Assembly (NCBI GenBank): GCA_012718885.1
Contig: JAAYBK010000357.1
Span: 1-54,548 of the forward strand
From: Ruminococcus sp.
GTDB taxonomy: Bacteria > Bacillota > Clostridia > Oscillospirales > Ruminococcaceae
Length of the DNA stretch: 54,548 nucleotides
Reading direction: 5' to 3'
The stretch's first letter is position 1, and each line of letters opens with the position of its first letter. Below are positions 36,689 through 47,445 of this stretch, piece by piece. Position numbers and translations under genes: made by a program. Under the pieces are notes generated by a model, which ran no database searches, had not been told where the DNA came from, and was given only the letters and a program-made list of their open reading frames with translations.

Positions 36689-39600
36689 TTAATTAGAAAA
36701 CACGTTATCCTTATAGGCATTGCCGTCCAGCCATTTTTTATTAGTCATTGTCTGGGTAAAAGGTGCCTGAGCGATATCGTTCTCCGGAACTGTTACGTTC
36801 CTTGTTCTCTCTGCCGGAGTATATCTCCACGACCAGTTATTCTGTGTCACTTCGTAATCGCCTATCGGAAGTCCGCTTATGATGCGGCTGTCATTGCCGT
36901 TTATACATATCTTTAGCTCTATCCAGCTATTATGAGCATCCTTACCCTTGATGATGTACTCAAAGGACTGTGAAGGATCTGTACAGCCGCTGCTGCTTAC
37001 TTCAAGTGCTCCGCGTTTATATTCATAAAGCGCATAGTAGGACTTATCTACATTAGAGCCAAGCGGCTTAAGCTCGTTCTGCTCATCACCGGCAAGAACA
37101 TTGAAGCCTTCCATATCCTGAACTCTCTGTGTGCAGGCCTCATCGGTATACCAGCCAACGAACCTGTAAAGTGAGTCTTCTTCCTCAGCAATTACGTAAC
37201 TGCCGGGGCGGTCTCCCACCGTTACTATGACCTGATTGTAGGATAGCAGAGGATACTCATCCGGATCTGCTTCCGCAAGACCTGTTCCGTCCGGGATCAT
37301 AGCGTGATAGCTGAACATTATCTCTTCGACCTTGGTGTAAACGAAGCGTAGCTTATTTTTAGAGAATGTATTATCGTCATCCGTTACAACGAGGCTCTTT
37401 GTTTTTCCTCCTGTGATCCTGTATCCATCGACCTCCGGAGCGGTTGCTGAGAAAGTCTCATTATACTTGATCTCATCGGTTATCTTATAGAGCGTGCGGT
37501 AATAGGTATTGCCGTTATACTCAAATGCGTCCTCGCCCAGAAGCTCCGGATCATTTGCGAGCATACGTGTGTTCCACTCGGATACCGACTTATCGTCCGT
37601 ACCAGTATAGTTATATATCAGCTTTACCGGATACTTCTTCTTGAGGTAGTATATATGGATCTCCTTACTTACAACGTCCTCCTCCAGCAGCATTTCCAAG
37701 GTTGCCGGTCCGGGTTCAAGATCCTGTACGGGGCGTATCACTTTCTGCTCGACATCGTCTTCTTCAATATAAACGACCTCGTTATAGCCTTCGACCTCAT
37801 ATCCGCTGTAGCTGTTCAGAGGGATGTTCTTTACAGTGCCTCTCTGTCCAACAGCATCGATGAAGTTCGCCTCAGTGAACTTGTAGGTCTCGCCGTCCAC
37901 TTCCTTCTGGATCTTGCCGTTATCGTTCTCAAGCATATACTTTACATGGTAAGGCATATTTACGAGATCCTCGGTATAGTAGAAGGTTATGACGTTGGTT
38001 GCGGCCTCCTCCTCAGGATCGTCTGATACCATAAGGGTAAGGGATATGTAGTAGGAATCCGGAACATAATTTGCGATCGGTATATACTTTTCAGATACTA
38101 CTGAATAGATATTGTCTCCGACGTACTTTTCCTCGTGGAGTACCTCCTTTGTATACTTATCCAGATACCTTACAGTATACGGCACTTTGTCACGGTAAGT
38201 ATAATTGAAGGTCTTGACATTCTGCGTATAGTCGCTCTTCATAAGTATAGATGTACTTCTTCTGTCAGGGAAATAATGTGCCTGATAACCCTCGTTCAGT
38301 TCATCCTCTACCTTGGCCTTGAAGGTCCTTGTAAGTCCTACGAAGGAATATCCCACTGTATCCTCTGCGACCTTGGTCTCTGTTCCGGTTACATAATAAT
38401 GTACAACAAAGCTTGCCGGGACAGTGGATGACCACTTCATAAAGAGATCCATATCACCGGATACTGTCATAGTAGCCGGATCAAAGGCGTGAAGATTATG
38501 CTCCTCGTCATAGTAATACCAGCCGGCCTTTGCCGCCGGATAGCTGCCTGTAGAATTGGTTATGATCGGCGCACTAAGGTTGTTTTCGGCCTCTGTCGGA
38601 TCGATAAGTGTGCCATAATCATCTGATTCGGTATACTTATATGGATTTCCGCTTTCATAATCTGTCTCATCGTTATAGAAATTGATAGTGAATGACTTTG
38701 GTTTCCAACGAGCATATACCGTAACATCATTGTCCGGCATCGTACTGCTCCAGTCAAACAGCTCGTCGTATGTATCCGATGTATACCAGCCGGCAAACTC
38801 ATAGGATCCGGGCTTGAGGTCCTGCGGATACGGCGGCTGACCTGCCTCAAACTCGTCCATTGGCTGGCCGTACATTATCGATGAGGTATCAGTGCCGGTG
38901 GAATAATACTGATTGTAGTTATAGTAGAGCAGGCTGTGGCGGTTACGGATATAGTGGAAGTCTGTTGTCCATATGCCGTCAGGGTATTCATCATCATATT
39001 CCAGATGATGACCGTTTGCTTCACCGTGAGAAACACTATGTCCGCCTGCATCCTCAGGAATAACAGTGAAGCCCTTGTATACGAATGGATCGATTCTTGT
39101 ATTGCTGTTATGAGCCGCAACCAGTTCGATAACTCGGTCAAGATCATATCCGTCACCGTCAAGCTTCTCATAGTAGATATTGTAGCGATGCGGTCCAACG
39201 TAATCATCATGCTTGCCCCACCATGCCCAAAGAAGCTGAGCGACGCTTTCGCTGTTATTAGGATCATAGACATATGACGGGTCAACTATCATCTCATCTG
39301 ACATATAGGGATAAGGTCCAACTATATTTGCATGAGTAGTATTTCTCTCTCTGTATTTGGTTCCTGTCTGTGTACTCCATGAGCCGAAGGAATATTCTCC
39401 GGAATCACCTATCACAGCCGCCGGCCATATATCCTCTATATTTGCGTTATACTCGGCGACCAGCTCCACGTAATCGTAGATCTCATGGTTATAGGTATAT
39501 GAACCTGTTGTTATACCGGCAGATGTATCCACCTCCGGCAGATTGGGCAGTACATAAGTCATTTTGGCAGAAGTCGGGAAATTACCGTTTCCGGTACCGC

Positions 39601-41197
39601 TTGCTGCCTTTATATTGCTCTGAATCGTAGTAACAGTTGCGTCAGCATAATCGTAAAGCCGCCACCTGTTAGCAGTTTCAAGGCCGTTGCCGCTGGTAGG
39701 ATAGACCTGCACTCTTTCTCCGGCATTCCTCTTATCATTAAGGTAATATGTCGTATTATTGTATACCGTCGAAATGAGGAAGTAATCCTCAGCATTGTCA
39801 TAATGTGTGATATCAAATTTCAACGGCGTATCCGACATTACAGCCGGCTTTCCGACATCCGTGCCGTTGAAATTGACTGACAGATACTTTCCGTCGCTGA
39901 ACCGGATATAATAACCGCCGCCTTCTACCGGAACAAGTGTCCAGAGATAATCAAAATTGGTGTTATTATAATCTACCTGTGCTCGCATACCGTCTGCAGC
40001 TTCCAGATTAGAAAGCGCCTTAGAACGGTCTTTATTGGTATTTACCAGCACATACTGGTGGTTGTCCTGAACTGCCGTTACGGGATCGCCGCCTACTGCT
40101 GAGGTACTCTGCGTGTGCTTCAGGTACACAAACCTGAGCTTATACTTATTTCTCGAATAATACAGCCTGACAATGGTAGAGCCGTCGCCGTTTACCGTTA
40201 CTTGTGCGGGATTATCAGCCTTGGTGGCTGCCTCATCAAAGGTAAAATAGCCAAAATCATTAAGACTGTTGTTATCCTTGTTTGCAGCGATGATATCATC
40301 GATAGACAGTTCTGCATCCGGATCGGCATAAAGTGTTCTTGTACCCCAGAAGCTGTAGGTAGTATCGCCGCTGCCATCGCTCAGATCGGCGTTCTTATAA
40401 ATTATCGTATAAGGGACCTGTGCTTTTTTCTCCCAGAGAGCTGTATATGTCATGTTCTCAGTTACGATATCCGACAGCTCCGGCGACCAGCCTACGAAAT
40501 TGTAGCCGGCTCTGATAGGAGTTATAACGTTCAGCGAGGATTCGTAAGGCGCATATACAGGGTCTACACCGTAGCCGCCGTTTCCAAGGTCGAAATTTAT
40601 CAGGTAATAGTTTCTGTCGTAGTAGACCTCAAACTCTGTTGAACCATCGGCAGCAATGACCTCGGGCACATGATACATCAGTGTAAAGCCTTCAAAAGCA
40701 TTCTCAAGTGTACGGCCGCCGATTTCTTCGACAGGGAAATCTGCCTGGAATTCCTCCGGCTCAGTACCGGTTATACCGCTTCCGTTTATGTACTCTGCCA
40801 GCTCGTATCCTTCAAGGTCTGCCTTCTGTTTATACAATCTTATAATGTACGGTACCTCCGAGGGGAAATAGAATACATCCACCTCTGAATCAGCCTCAAA
40901 GTTAACGGTAACGCTCTCAAGGCTGTTCTTGTTGATATCGCATGGGCTGAAGCCCGGTACCATAGGGCATCGCTCAGTCATAGCTGCTGAGCCCTTAGGC
41001 ATATGAGCAACGAAGGGCGGGAAGGGCTCGGAGCCCTTATGGTCCGCTGCTGTCTCGTCATAATAGTAGTAGTTGATAGTAGCTGTTATCATTCCGGACG
41101 AGGTATCAGCATAAACTGATCCTGACATTGCGAATGCCAGCGCCATAAGCAATACGCCCAATACTACCAATACAGATTTTCTGAGGTTTCTTGTCAT
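36689..41197 (-). CDS. Large secreted adhesin-like protein with InlB B-repeat (Listeria-Bacteroides) domains
   Basis: Signal peptide; GYNFVGW...YTALW and YEFAGWY...VYARW repeats; possible beta-trefoil insert. Confidence 0.82.
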   Translation of the reverse strand: MTRNLRKSVLVVLGVLLMALAFAMSGSVYADTSSGMITATINYYYYDETAADHKGSEPFPPFVAHMPKGSAAMTERCPMVPGFSPCDINKNSLESVTVNFEADSEVDVFYFPSEVPYIIRLYKQKADLEGYELAEYINGSGITGTEPEEFQADFPVEEIGGRTLENAFEGFTLMYHVPEVIAADGSTEFEVYYDRNYYLINFDLGNGGYGVDPVYAPYESSLNVITPIRAGYNFVGWSPELSDIVTENMTYTALWEKKAQVPYTIIYKNADLSDGSGDTTYSFWGTRTLYADPDAELSIDDIIAANKDNNSLNDFGYFTFDEAATKADNPAQVTVNGDGSTIVRLYYSRNKYKLRFVYLKHTQSTSAVGGDPVTAVQDNHQYVLVNTNKDRSKALSNLEAADGMRAQVDYNNTNFDYLWTLVPVEGGGYYIRFSDGKYLSVNFNGTDVGKPAVMSDTPLKFDITHYDNAEDYFLISTVYNNTTYYLNDKRNAGERVQVYPTSGNGLETANRWRLYDYADATVTTIQSNIKAASGTGNGNFPTSAKMTYVLPNLPEVDTSAGITTGSYTYNHEIYDYVELVAEYNANIEDIWPAAVIGDSGEYSFGSWSTQTGTKYRERNTTHANIVGPYPYMSDEMIVDPSYVYDPNNSESVAQLLWAWWGKHDDYVGPHRYNIYYEKLDGDGYDLDRVIELVAAHNSNTRIDPFVYKGFTVIPEDAGGHSVSHGEANGHHLEYDDEYPDGIWTTDFHYIRNRHSLLYYNYNQYYSTGTDTSSIMYGQPMDEFEAGQPPYPQDLKPGSYEFAGWYTSDTYDELFDWSSTMPDNDVTVYARWKPKSFTINFYNDETDYESGNPYKYTESDDYGTLIDPTEAENNLSAPIITNSTGSYPAAKAGWYYYDEEHNLHAFDPATMTVSGDMDLFMKWSSTVPASFVVHYYVTGTETKVAEDTVGYSFVGLTRTFKAKVEDELNEGYQAHYFPDRRSTSILMKSDYTQNVKTFNYTYRDKVPYTVRYLDKYTKEVLHEEKYVGDNIYSVVSEKYIPIANYVPDSYYISLTLMVSDDPEEEAATNVITFYYTEDLVNMPYHVKYMLENDNGKIQKEVDGETYKFTEANFIDAVGQRGTVKNIPLNSYSGYEVEGYNEVVYIEEDDVEQKVIRPVQDLEPGPATLEMLLEEDVVSKEIHIYYLKKKYPVKLIYNYTGTDDKSVSEWNTRMLANDPELLGEDAFEYNGNTYYRTLYKITDEIKYNETFSATAPEVDGYRITGGKTKSLVVTDDDNTFSKNKLRFVYTKVEEIMFSYHAMIPDGTGLAEADPDEYPLLSYNQVIVTVGDRPGSYVIAEEEDSLYRFVGWYTDEACTQRVQDMEGFNVLAGDEQNELKPLGSNVDKSYYALYEYKRGALEVSSSGCTDPSQSFEYIIKGKDAHNSWIELKICINGNDSRIISGLPIGDYEVTQNNWSWRYTPAERTRNVTVPENDIAQAPFTQTMTNKKWLDGNAYKDNVFSN

Positions 41198-41799
41198 GGC
41201 TGTCCCCCCTCTGTCTGCTGATCGTCAGGCTGAGTGCCCCAGGCATCCATAACGGCAGTCTTTGAACCGTCATCGGTGCTGCCAAGAGCCTGTATTGTCT
41301 CAGTAATGACCTCAACGTGCATGGTACAGCCCTCCGGAGCGGCTTTGATCTGGCTCAGCTTCTGAGTCTGGCCGATCAGAGGAGCGGTAGTTCCTCCGCT
41401 CTGAACAGCTTCGGTATAATAAAACCAGCCATCATCACCCTTTGTCCAGTCATCTGTATTGTACTCAAGAGTATAATCCGTGCCCTCGACAGGCTGCTGG
41501 CCGTAGATATATCCTCCGGAAGTATGCCATGTAACGATAAGATCAGCTCTCACATATACCGGATAGCCCTCATCGCCCACAGTTACTGCAACATTGTTCT
41601 TGAAGAACATACCACCCTCCGAATCAACGTTGTCGCTGACCGAAGGAGCATCGTACTCGCCGGCTTTAAGGGTATTCTCCTGAGCAGGAGAGCCTTTTAT
41701 ATACTTAGCAATTATATTTGCGGAGACTGCTGTAAGAAGCAGAGCGGCAACTATTGCAAACACGATGACCGTTCTCTTTTTTGAACGCTCAGCTCCCAT
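41194..41799 (-). CDS. SipW-type signal peptide exported protein (minor fibre subunit candidate)
   Basis: IIAKYI, VYVRA, DGWFYY, ETIQA motifs. Confidence 0.7.
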   Translation of the reverse strand: MGAERSKKRTVIVFAIVAALLLTAVSANIIAKYIKGSPAQENTLKAGEYDAPSVSDNVDSEGGMFFKNNVAVTVGDEGYPVYVRADLIVTWHTSGGYIYGQQPVEGTDYTLEYNTDDWTKGDDGWFYYTEAVQSGGTTAPLIGQTQKLSQIKAAPEGCTMHVEVITETIQALGSTDDGSKTAVMDAWGTQPDDQQTEGGQP

Positions 41800-41830
41800 A
41801 TCAGCACCTCCTTTTAAGATATCGCCTCTG

Positions 41831-42451
41831 TCAGTCTGCCTGTACCAGATAGGCGTAGAAAACTATTGAAAATTCATTTGAATTGTCTGTAGGCTGGCTC
41901 TTGTCTTTAAGGCTGTCCTTTACGATAAGCCTGTTACCTGCAAGAATATCGGTTATCTCCGCTCCGGTATGAGCCGGGAGCGTGTCCTTGTATTTGTATA
42001 CAGTTCCGCCGTACCTCGGGGCAAAGTCCTCTGTTTCAAGCCAACTGCTGCCGTTTATCGTATATATTACATCTCTCGGCTTATCCACATTCACAGCTTC
42101 AAGATACACCTCACAGGCAGTCTCGCTGCTGTCGGTGACTATAATGAAGGGATCCTTTGGTATCATGGTTCCGGGGAGTATCACAGGATAATCGTTCCCC
42201 TCCACCACAGAATCCGTATCCAGCGTATACACGCCGTTTGTCAGAACAGCCTCATGCTCGTGGACACTTATCTGAGCAAATGCTGCAACGGATGTCACAT
42301 CATTTTTTTCGTCCAGATTTTTGTATTTCGCAAAAAGTCCGCAGACCCACCAGACAGAGAGCAGTGTTAGGACAACAAGTATCCCTGCGGCTTTGAACAT
42401 ATTCTGATGAGTAAAGAAACCGTCTTTTTTAATATCAGAAAACCTGTTCAC
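41831..42451 (-). CDS. SipW-type signal peptide exported protein
   Basis: GLFAKYK, ILPGTMIPKDP, C-terminal YAYLVQAD; GTG start after AAGGAGG. Confidence 0.72.
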   Translation of the reverse strand: MNRFSDIKKDGFFTHQNMFKAAGILVVLTLLSVWWVCGLFAKYKNLDEKNDVTSVAAFAQISVHEHEAVLTNGVYTLDTDSVVEGNDYPVILPGTMIPKDPFIIVTDSSETACEVYLEAVNVDKPRDVIYTINGSSWLETEDFAPRYGGTVYKYKDTLPAHTGAEITDILAGNRLIVKDSLKDKSQPTDNSNEFSIVFYAYLVQAD

Positions 42452-42471
42452 AGCACACCCTCCTTTTCCTG

Positions 42472-43014
42472 TCATTCATCCCTGAGTCTGCGGATCTCTT
42501 CTTTCAGTCTTTCCTGCTCGGACAAGACCTTTTTCCTTTCCATATAGTAAGGCAGTTCAAACATTGCTATCGCCGCTATCAGCAGCAATATGAAGCAGGC
42601 CGGAGTCCTTATGAATCTCACTATCCTTCCGGCACCTGATATATGCTTTGTCATCCTGCCTTTTACTGCATCCTTTTTTATGGGCTCATCAGCAGTATTA
42701 TTTGCATCGCCCTTGGTGATATAGCCTTCCTTTGTTACATCGATGATACGGTGTATCACAAGGGAGCGGCCGTCCTGATAAACGACAACATCTCCCACCT
42801 TATAGTCATCCTGTTCCTTTACTATGACCAGGTCGTCCACGCTGAGCACCGGCTCCATACTGCCTGAGAGCACTACCGAGGCTCCCACTCCAAAGGGCAT
42901 CGGCATCTCATTTCCCACCAGTGTCTTTGCGTTCCAGGTATACAATTTCAGGCCTATTATGATACTCAGCAGCACCAGTGCCGCTATCCTTACAACTGTA
43001 CCGGCTTTTTTCAC
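42472..43014 (-). CDS. sipW: SipW-type (ER/archaeal-type) signal peptidase I
   Basis: VLSGSMEP, VIHRI, TKGDANN (Ser-His). Confidence 0.9.
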   Translation of the reverse strand: MKKAGTVVRIAALVLLSIIIGLKLYTWNAKTLVGNEMPMPFGVGASVVLSGSMEPVLSVDDLVIVKEQDDYKVGDVVVYQDGRSLVIHRIIDVTKEGYITKGDANNTADEPIKKDAVKGRMTKHISGAGRIVRFIRTPACFILLLIAAIAMFELPYYMERKKVLSEQERLKEEIRRLRDE

Positions 43015-43931
43015 TGCTCTTCTTCCTCGTCCTTCCTGTTTCTCGGTCTGACAGCAAGCATAAGTATCAGCGCACCGGTCAGAACTGCCGGAACAGCGCC
43101 CATAGCCACGCCTGTCTTAGGAGAAGCCTCCGGATCATATGGATTTGCCAGCCCGTTCTCCTCCTTCGGAGCAGTCTCGTCATAGGCTGCAAAAGTATTG
43201 ATCTTTATAGTGAGGGCGATGTCACCATTCACCGCCATATTTCCAAGCATAGTATCGTATGTGTCATTATCCCACTCATAAGGCCATTCCCAGTCAAGGG
43301 TATAGACTGCGAACCTGCCTGCGCTGAGCTTTGAATGTTCTCTGACAGTATTCAGCTCGTCGGTATCCACCATTTCGCTGCTGCTTCCGACTATATATCT
43401 GTCTGTATGGTCGTGGACTCTTGCCTTTACGGGCAGCTTCAGATCAGTTCCTGTGATCCAGGACTCCATAGTCATATCATAATCCAGCGGCACATCTCCC
43501 GTATTCTCAAGAGTAAACACATACTCGTTTGAAGTTCCGGGAGCAATGAGCTTATCGCCGTTTTCGGAATTGACGGTTATGCCCTTTTCGCTGTCATAGC
43601 TCAGGTGGAATATCTCCAGCTTCGTATCCGACACCCATACTGTATCCTTATCATAGGTGCGGAAGCCGGGAGAAGCAAGCTGCACTATCTGGGGAGCATC
43701 GTCACCGTATCCGGCAGCAGTCTGCTCTGCGCCGTATATCTCCTGTCTTGTGGCGGCAGTCACCGTAGTAGCTCCTCTTGAAACTGTGAGCGGTATCACA
43801 TTCTTGAAGCTTTCCGGCGAATAGGCTGTAAGTCTTGAAAAGAGGACAGCCAGCGAAGCCAGATCGCATATGAACACAAGAGCGATAAGAATACTGAAAA
43901 CCGCCGTATTTTTTTGTCTTCCGGATCTCAA
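43011..43931 (-). CDS. Sortase-anchored protein sharing a motif with the TasA-like subunit
   Basis: KLIAPGT and LDWEW shared with 44144-44995; SPKTG + TM + charged tail. Confidence 0.75.
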   Translation of the reverse strand: MRSGRQKNTAVFSILIALVFICDLASLAVLFSRLTAYSPESFKNVIPLTVSRGATTVTAATRQEIYGAEQTAAGYGDDAPQIVQLASPGFRTYDKDTVWVSDTKLEIFHLSYDSEKGITVNSENGDKLIAPGTSNEYVFTLENTGDVPLDYDMTMESWITGTDLKLPVKARVHDHTDRYIVGSSSEMVDTDELNTVREHSKLSAGRFAVYTLDWEWPYEWDNDTYDTMLGNMAVNGDIALTIKINTFAAYDETAPKEENGLANPYDPEASPKTGVAMGAVPAVLTGALILMLAVRPRNRKDEEEEQ

Positions 43932-43995
43932 AGCTGTTCCCTCCCTTTTTTACAGTCTCTGTGCCGGATGTATAGCTAAAATGTAAAACGTTTAT

Positions 43996-44100
43996 ATTCG
44001 GCATTTGCGGCAGCCCGACATGACAAAATAGCCGGCCCGGACTGCCGCAAATACCGAAGCCCTGTGCGGCCGCTGCCACAACCGGCCGCACAGCTTCGGT
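43996..44100 (-). other. Tandem strong hairpins downstream of the major subunit gene (mRNA stabiliser or attenuator)
   Basis: ttcggcatttgcggcag/ctgccgcaaataccgaa and ctgtgcggcc/ggccgcacag. Confidence 0.6.
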
Positions 44101-44143
44101 TCAGTTATTCAATTACATATCGCATTGAAATTATTACCTGCTA

Positions 44144-44995
44144 TCAGTCTACCTGTGTTACAGTAATAGCGATCTTAACATCTGTGTTAAGATTGTAATC
44201 TGTACCAGCTGTAAGCGAAGTAGCAGGTGTGAGTGTTGTTCCGGCAGCAAGATCACCGAGGAGGGTATCCTGCTTGTCGTATGTACCTGCACCGTTAGCG
44301 TCGAAATCCCACTCCCATGTCAGCTTCAGTGTGCCTATACCGTCTGCACCTGCAAGATTTGTGTTAGCATCAACTGTTGCAGCAGAGAGTCCTTCCAGAG
44401 CTGTTTCGAGCTCGGAGAGCTTTACGCCATTGACCAGAGTAGTTTCTGTGCCGCCCTTGGTCTGGGTGAGGGTATACTTGATCGGGTAGTAATCAGCAGC
44501 GTTATCGAATGTATCTGTCTGATTTCCTGTAGTCATATCCGGCAGGCCTGTCTTTGCCTTAAGGAAGATATCCTTAGGAGCAGCATCGCTGGCATCTGTA
44601 ACAACAACCCCGATCCTTACAGCAACTTCAGGAGTTCCTGTAACTGTAAATGTAAGGCCATCATCATTCTTTGTACCCGGAGCAACGACCTTATCTGTGC
44701 CGTCAACACCGTCGTGATCTGTAGTTTCACCTGTTACAGCGCTGGATACAACGCTGAGTGTAGCGGCAGCAGTTGAATCTCCGCTTGCACCAGGTGTATT
44801 GGTTGTTGTCTTATATGTATCAGAGAACAGCTTACCATCTGCTGTAACAACAACTCCGAATTTAGCAACACGGGCTGTATCAGAACCACTGTCACTTGTA
44901 ACATACTTTGCATATGTTCCACTGATAATGCTTGTCGTGAGGAGGGTAGCAACTGTAAGGCCGCCCGCAGCTCTCATTGTCTTGTTCTTTTTCAT
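44144..44995 (-). CDS. TasA/camelysin-like SipW-processed major subunit
   Basis: SGTYAKY SipW-class cleavage motif, VVAPGT, C-terminal TVTQVD. Confidence 0.78.
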   Translation of the reverse strand: MKKNKTMRAAGGLTVATLLTTSIISGTYAKYVTSDSGSDTARVAKFGVVVTADGKLFSDTYKTTTNTPGASGDSTAAATLSVVSSAVTGETTDHDGVDGTDKVVAPGTKNDDGLTFTVTGTPEVAVRIGVVVTDASDAAPKDIFLKAKTGLPDMTTGNQTDTFDNAADYYPIKYTLTQTKGGTETTLVNGVKLSELETALEGLSAATVDANTNLAGADGIGTLKLTWEWDFDANGAGTYDKQDTLLGDLAAGTTLTPATSLTAGTDYNLNTDVKIAITVTQVD

Positions 44996-45132
44996 ACTAA
45001 TGCCCCTTTCGTAAATTATTACCTTTTGGCTGGTTTATTCCTCCCTGAAAGAAATTGATCTTATGGGAGATACATAATGTATATCCATCCCTGATGTGGC
45101 ATTCAAGGGAAGAATAACGTGACTTGCGAGGA

Positions 45133-45882
45133 TCATTCCTTATCCTCGTCTTTGTTCCGGGACTGTGTATCAGTCTCAGTCGTTGTTGTATCAGCAGCAG
45201 TTCCGGGATCATTTTCCCCGGCAGGAGCTGTATCCTCCTGAGAGGAGATCTCCTTTTCCTTCTTTTCAGCTTTAAGAGCCTCCAGCTCTGCAAGCAGAGC
45301 AACTGTATCCTGCTGATTCTGTTTATCGTAGCTGCGCCGGCGGATAACATCGTAGCCTATCAGCATGAGCAGCGGCAGCAGCACACAGATCACAAGACCT
45401 GCTGTAGTCTGCATGAACATAGCTGCGTGGCCGGCTTTCGGGATACGTTTCTTGTATCTGCCTACCAGCTTGTCTTCCGGGACTGATTTTTTATCCTCTG
45501 TATTATTGGCATCACCCTTTGTCCGGAAGGAGAGAATGCCGTTGTTTTCTTCGATACTTGTGACACGGTGAGTAAGGATACTCTTTCCGTTTCCGTCAGG
45601 GTCATAGAAAGCAATGATATCACCTACTGAAACATCCTTGCCGTCGATTTGCTTAACGATAATAAGGTCGCCGCTCTTGATAACCGGATCCATGGACTCA
45701 GTAAGCACTATCAGCGGACAAAAACCGCCGAGTTTAGGTACCTCGTCCTTATTGGTGTAGCTTTTGATTATAAGAGTGACGTTTATTACAAGTATTGGTA
45801 TTAATATTACGCAAAGTATTGCTCCGATTATCGTCAGAACCTTATGCCGGACAGAAGATATCTCTTCCTTCTTCTGAGCCAT
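45133..45882 (-). CDS. sipW: Second SipW-type signal peptidase I
   Basis: VLTESMDP, LTHRV, TKGDANN. Confidence 0.9.
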   Translation of the reverse strand: MAQKKEEISSVRHKVLTIIGAILCVILIPILVINVTLIIKSYTNKDEVPKLGGFCPLIVLTESMDPVIKSGDLIIVKQIDGKDVSVGDIIAFYDPDGNGKSILTHRVTSIEENNGILSFRTKGDANNTEDKKSVPEDKLVGRYKKRIPKAGHAAMFMQTTAGLVICVLLPLLMLIGYDVIRRRSYDKQNQQDTVALLAELEALKAEKKEKEISSQEDTAPAGENDPGTAADTTTTETDTQSRNKDEDKE

Positions 45883-45979
45883 TGTGGATCTCACGCTCCT
45901 TCATATGATACAACGCAGAACTTGATTCCTGTTATATCTTGCGAAAAATCTAATAAAACCGCTAATATATATTTTCTAT

Positions 45980-46008
45980 ATTATACCATATCTCCACTGA
46001 AATTACAA
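45980..46008 (-). promoter_or_regulatory. Promoter of the sipW operon
   Basis: TTGTAA-17-TATAAT with TG. Confidence 0.65.
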
Positions 46009-46439
46009 CTCGCAATATCCACAAAATTTACACAAATCATATAGCAAAAAGATATAAAAGGCTTACAATGCTAGCCGGAATATTGCTGAGAGTATTATAT
46101 ATTCACCATATTACAGCGCTTTTTTAATTCCTACAGCCAAACTATGATATCCATTCCTGCCCTGCTACCAAAACATCCGGCAAAGCGTGCAATGGTAAAC
46201 ATATTACTATCAATCCGAGCCGCACCATGCCTCCCGTTTCTGTTCACATATGAAGTCTTCACGACCGCAGAGCTGTTTTTCTCCGCAATAAATGGTCACC
46301 CAAAAGGCAGTGATGTTCCCGGTATCTCTATACATTTATAAATATAAAAGCGCCAATCTCATTTTTTCGGGCGCTACTCGGGTACTGTATAGGTGTTGCC
46401 TACCGCTTTTCAGCGTTTCCAGTACTTTCTCAGAAAAAC

Positions 46440-46468
46440 AAAAAACCTCGCAGGATAGCCCTGCGAGG
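46440..46468 (-). terminator. rplM-rpsI terminator
   Basis: cctcgcagg/cctgcgagg stem plus U run. Confidence 0.8.
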
Positions 46469-46500
46469 CGATTTTTCGTATAGTCCCAGTTGGGATAAAA

Positions 46501-46902
46501 TTATCTCTTTGAGAACTGAGGAGCACGACGAGCAGCCTTGAGACCGTACTTCTTTCTCTCCTTCATTCTTGGGTCACGAGTGAGGAATCCAGCCTTCTTG
46601 AGGGCAGGACGGAGCTCAGGATCGAATTCGAGAAGAGCTCTTGAAACACCGTGTCTGATAGCGCCAGCCTGACCTGTAACGCCGCCGCCTGTAACTGTGC
46701 AGATGATATCGAACTTCTCGAGGTTCTCTGTAACAGCGAGTGGCTGACGAACGATGAGCTTGAGTGTCTCGAGACCGAAATAGTCATCGATGCCTCTGCC
46801 ATTGATTGTAACGTTGCCAGAACCGGGATAGATTCTAACTCTTGCTACGGAGTGCTTTCTTCTGCCTGTTCCGTAATAGTATTTAACTTTTGACTCGTAC
46901 AT
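46501..46902 (-). CDS. rpsI: 30S ribosomal protein S9
   Basis: [36 protein letters not shown]. Confidence 0.99.
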   Translation of the reverse strand: MYESKVKYYYGTGRRKHSVARVRIYPGSGNVTINGRGIDDYFGLETLKLIVRQPLAVTENLEKFDIICTVTGGGVTGQAGAIRHGVSRALLEFDPELRPALKKAGFLTRDPRMKERKKYGLKAARRAPQFSKR

Positions 46903-46920
46903 TTAAAAGCACCTCCTGAA

Positions 46921-47349
46921 TTAAAGCTCGTAAGCAACAGGCTTCTGTGCAGCCTGGTTGTGGTTAGCGTCCTTGTAAGTTCTGAGTCTCTTGAGCTGAG
47001 CTCTGCCGAGGCTGTTGTTAGGGAGCATACCGTTTACAGCGATAGTCATAGCTCTGTCAGCCTGATTAGCCATCATGTCCTTGTAAGCGATGGACTTGAG
47101 GCCGCCGATCCAGCCTGTGTGCCAGTAGTACTTCTTCTGCTCAAGCTTCTTACCTGTAAGGATAGCCTTAGCGCAGTTGATAACGATAACGTGGTCACCG
47201 CAGTCAACGTTGGGTGTGTAAGTGGGCTTGTGCTTGCCTCTGAGAATATGAGCTGCCTTAGCTGCAACACGGCCGAGGGGCTTGCCCTCTGCGTCGAGGA
47301 TGTACCATGTACGTGTTACTTCAGCAGGTTTTGCCAGTGTAGTTGACAT
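46921..47349 (-). CDS. rplM: 50S ribosomal protein L13
   Basis: WYILDA, LRGKHKPTYTP, GMLP. Confidence 0.99.
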   Translation of the reverse strand: MSTTLAKPAEVTRTWYILDAEGKPLGRVAAKAAHILRGKHKPTYTPNVDCGDHVIVINCAKAILTGKKLEQKKYYWHTGWIGGLKSIAYKDMMANQADRAMTIAVNGMLPNNSLGRAQLKRLRTYKDANHNQAAQKPVAYEL

Positions 47350-47376
47350 AATTTATTCCTCCGTATATATATTTTC

Positions 47377-47445
47377 GTCGGGGGAAATTATCCGAATTCC
47401 CGACAGTGCATTGACTATTATACACGATGAAAGCCGGCTTGTCAA
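47377..47445 (-). promoter_or_regulatory. rplM promoter and leader hairpin
   Basis: Perfect TTGACA-17-TATAAT (47445-47417); gtcggg/cccgac leader stem. Confidence 0.85.

Noticed and set aside
46262-46425. c-di-AMP (ydaO) riboswitch
   Set aside because: CGCUGAA and UUUUGGG resemble it, but the conserved 3' CCGUCAGCUAA-type segment is absent
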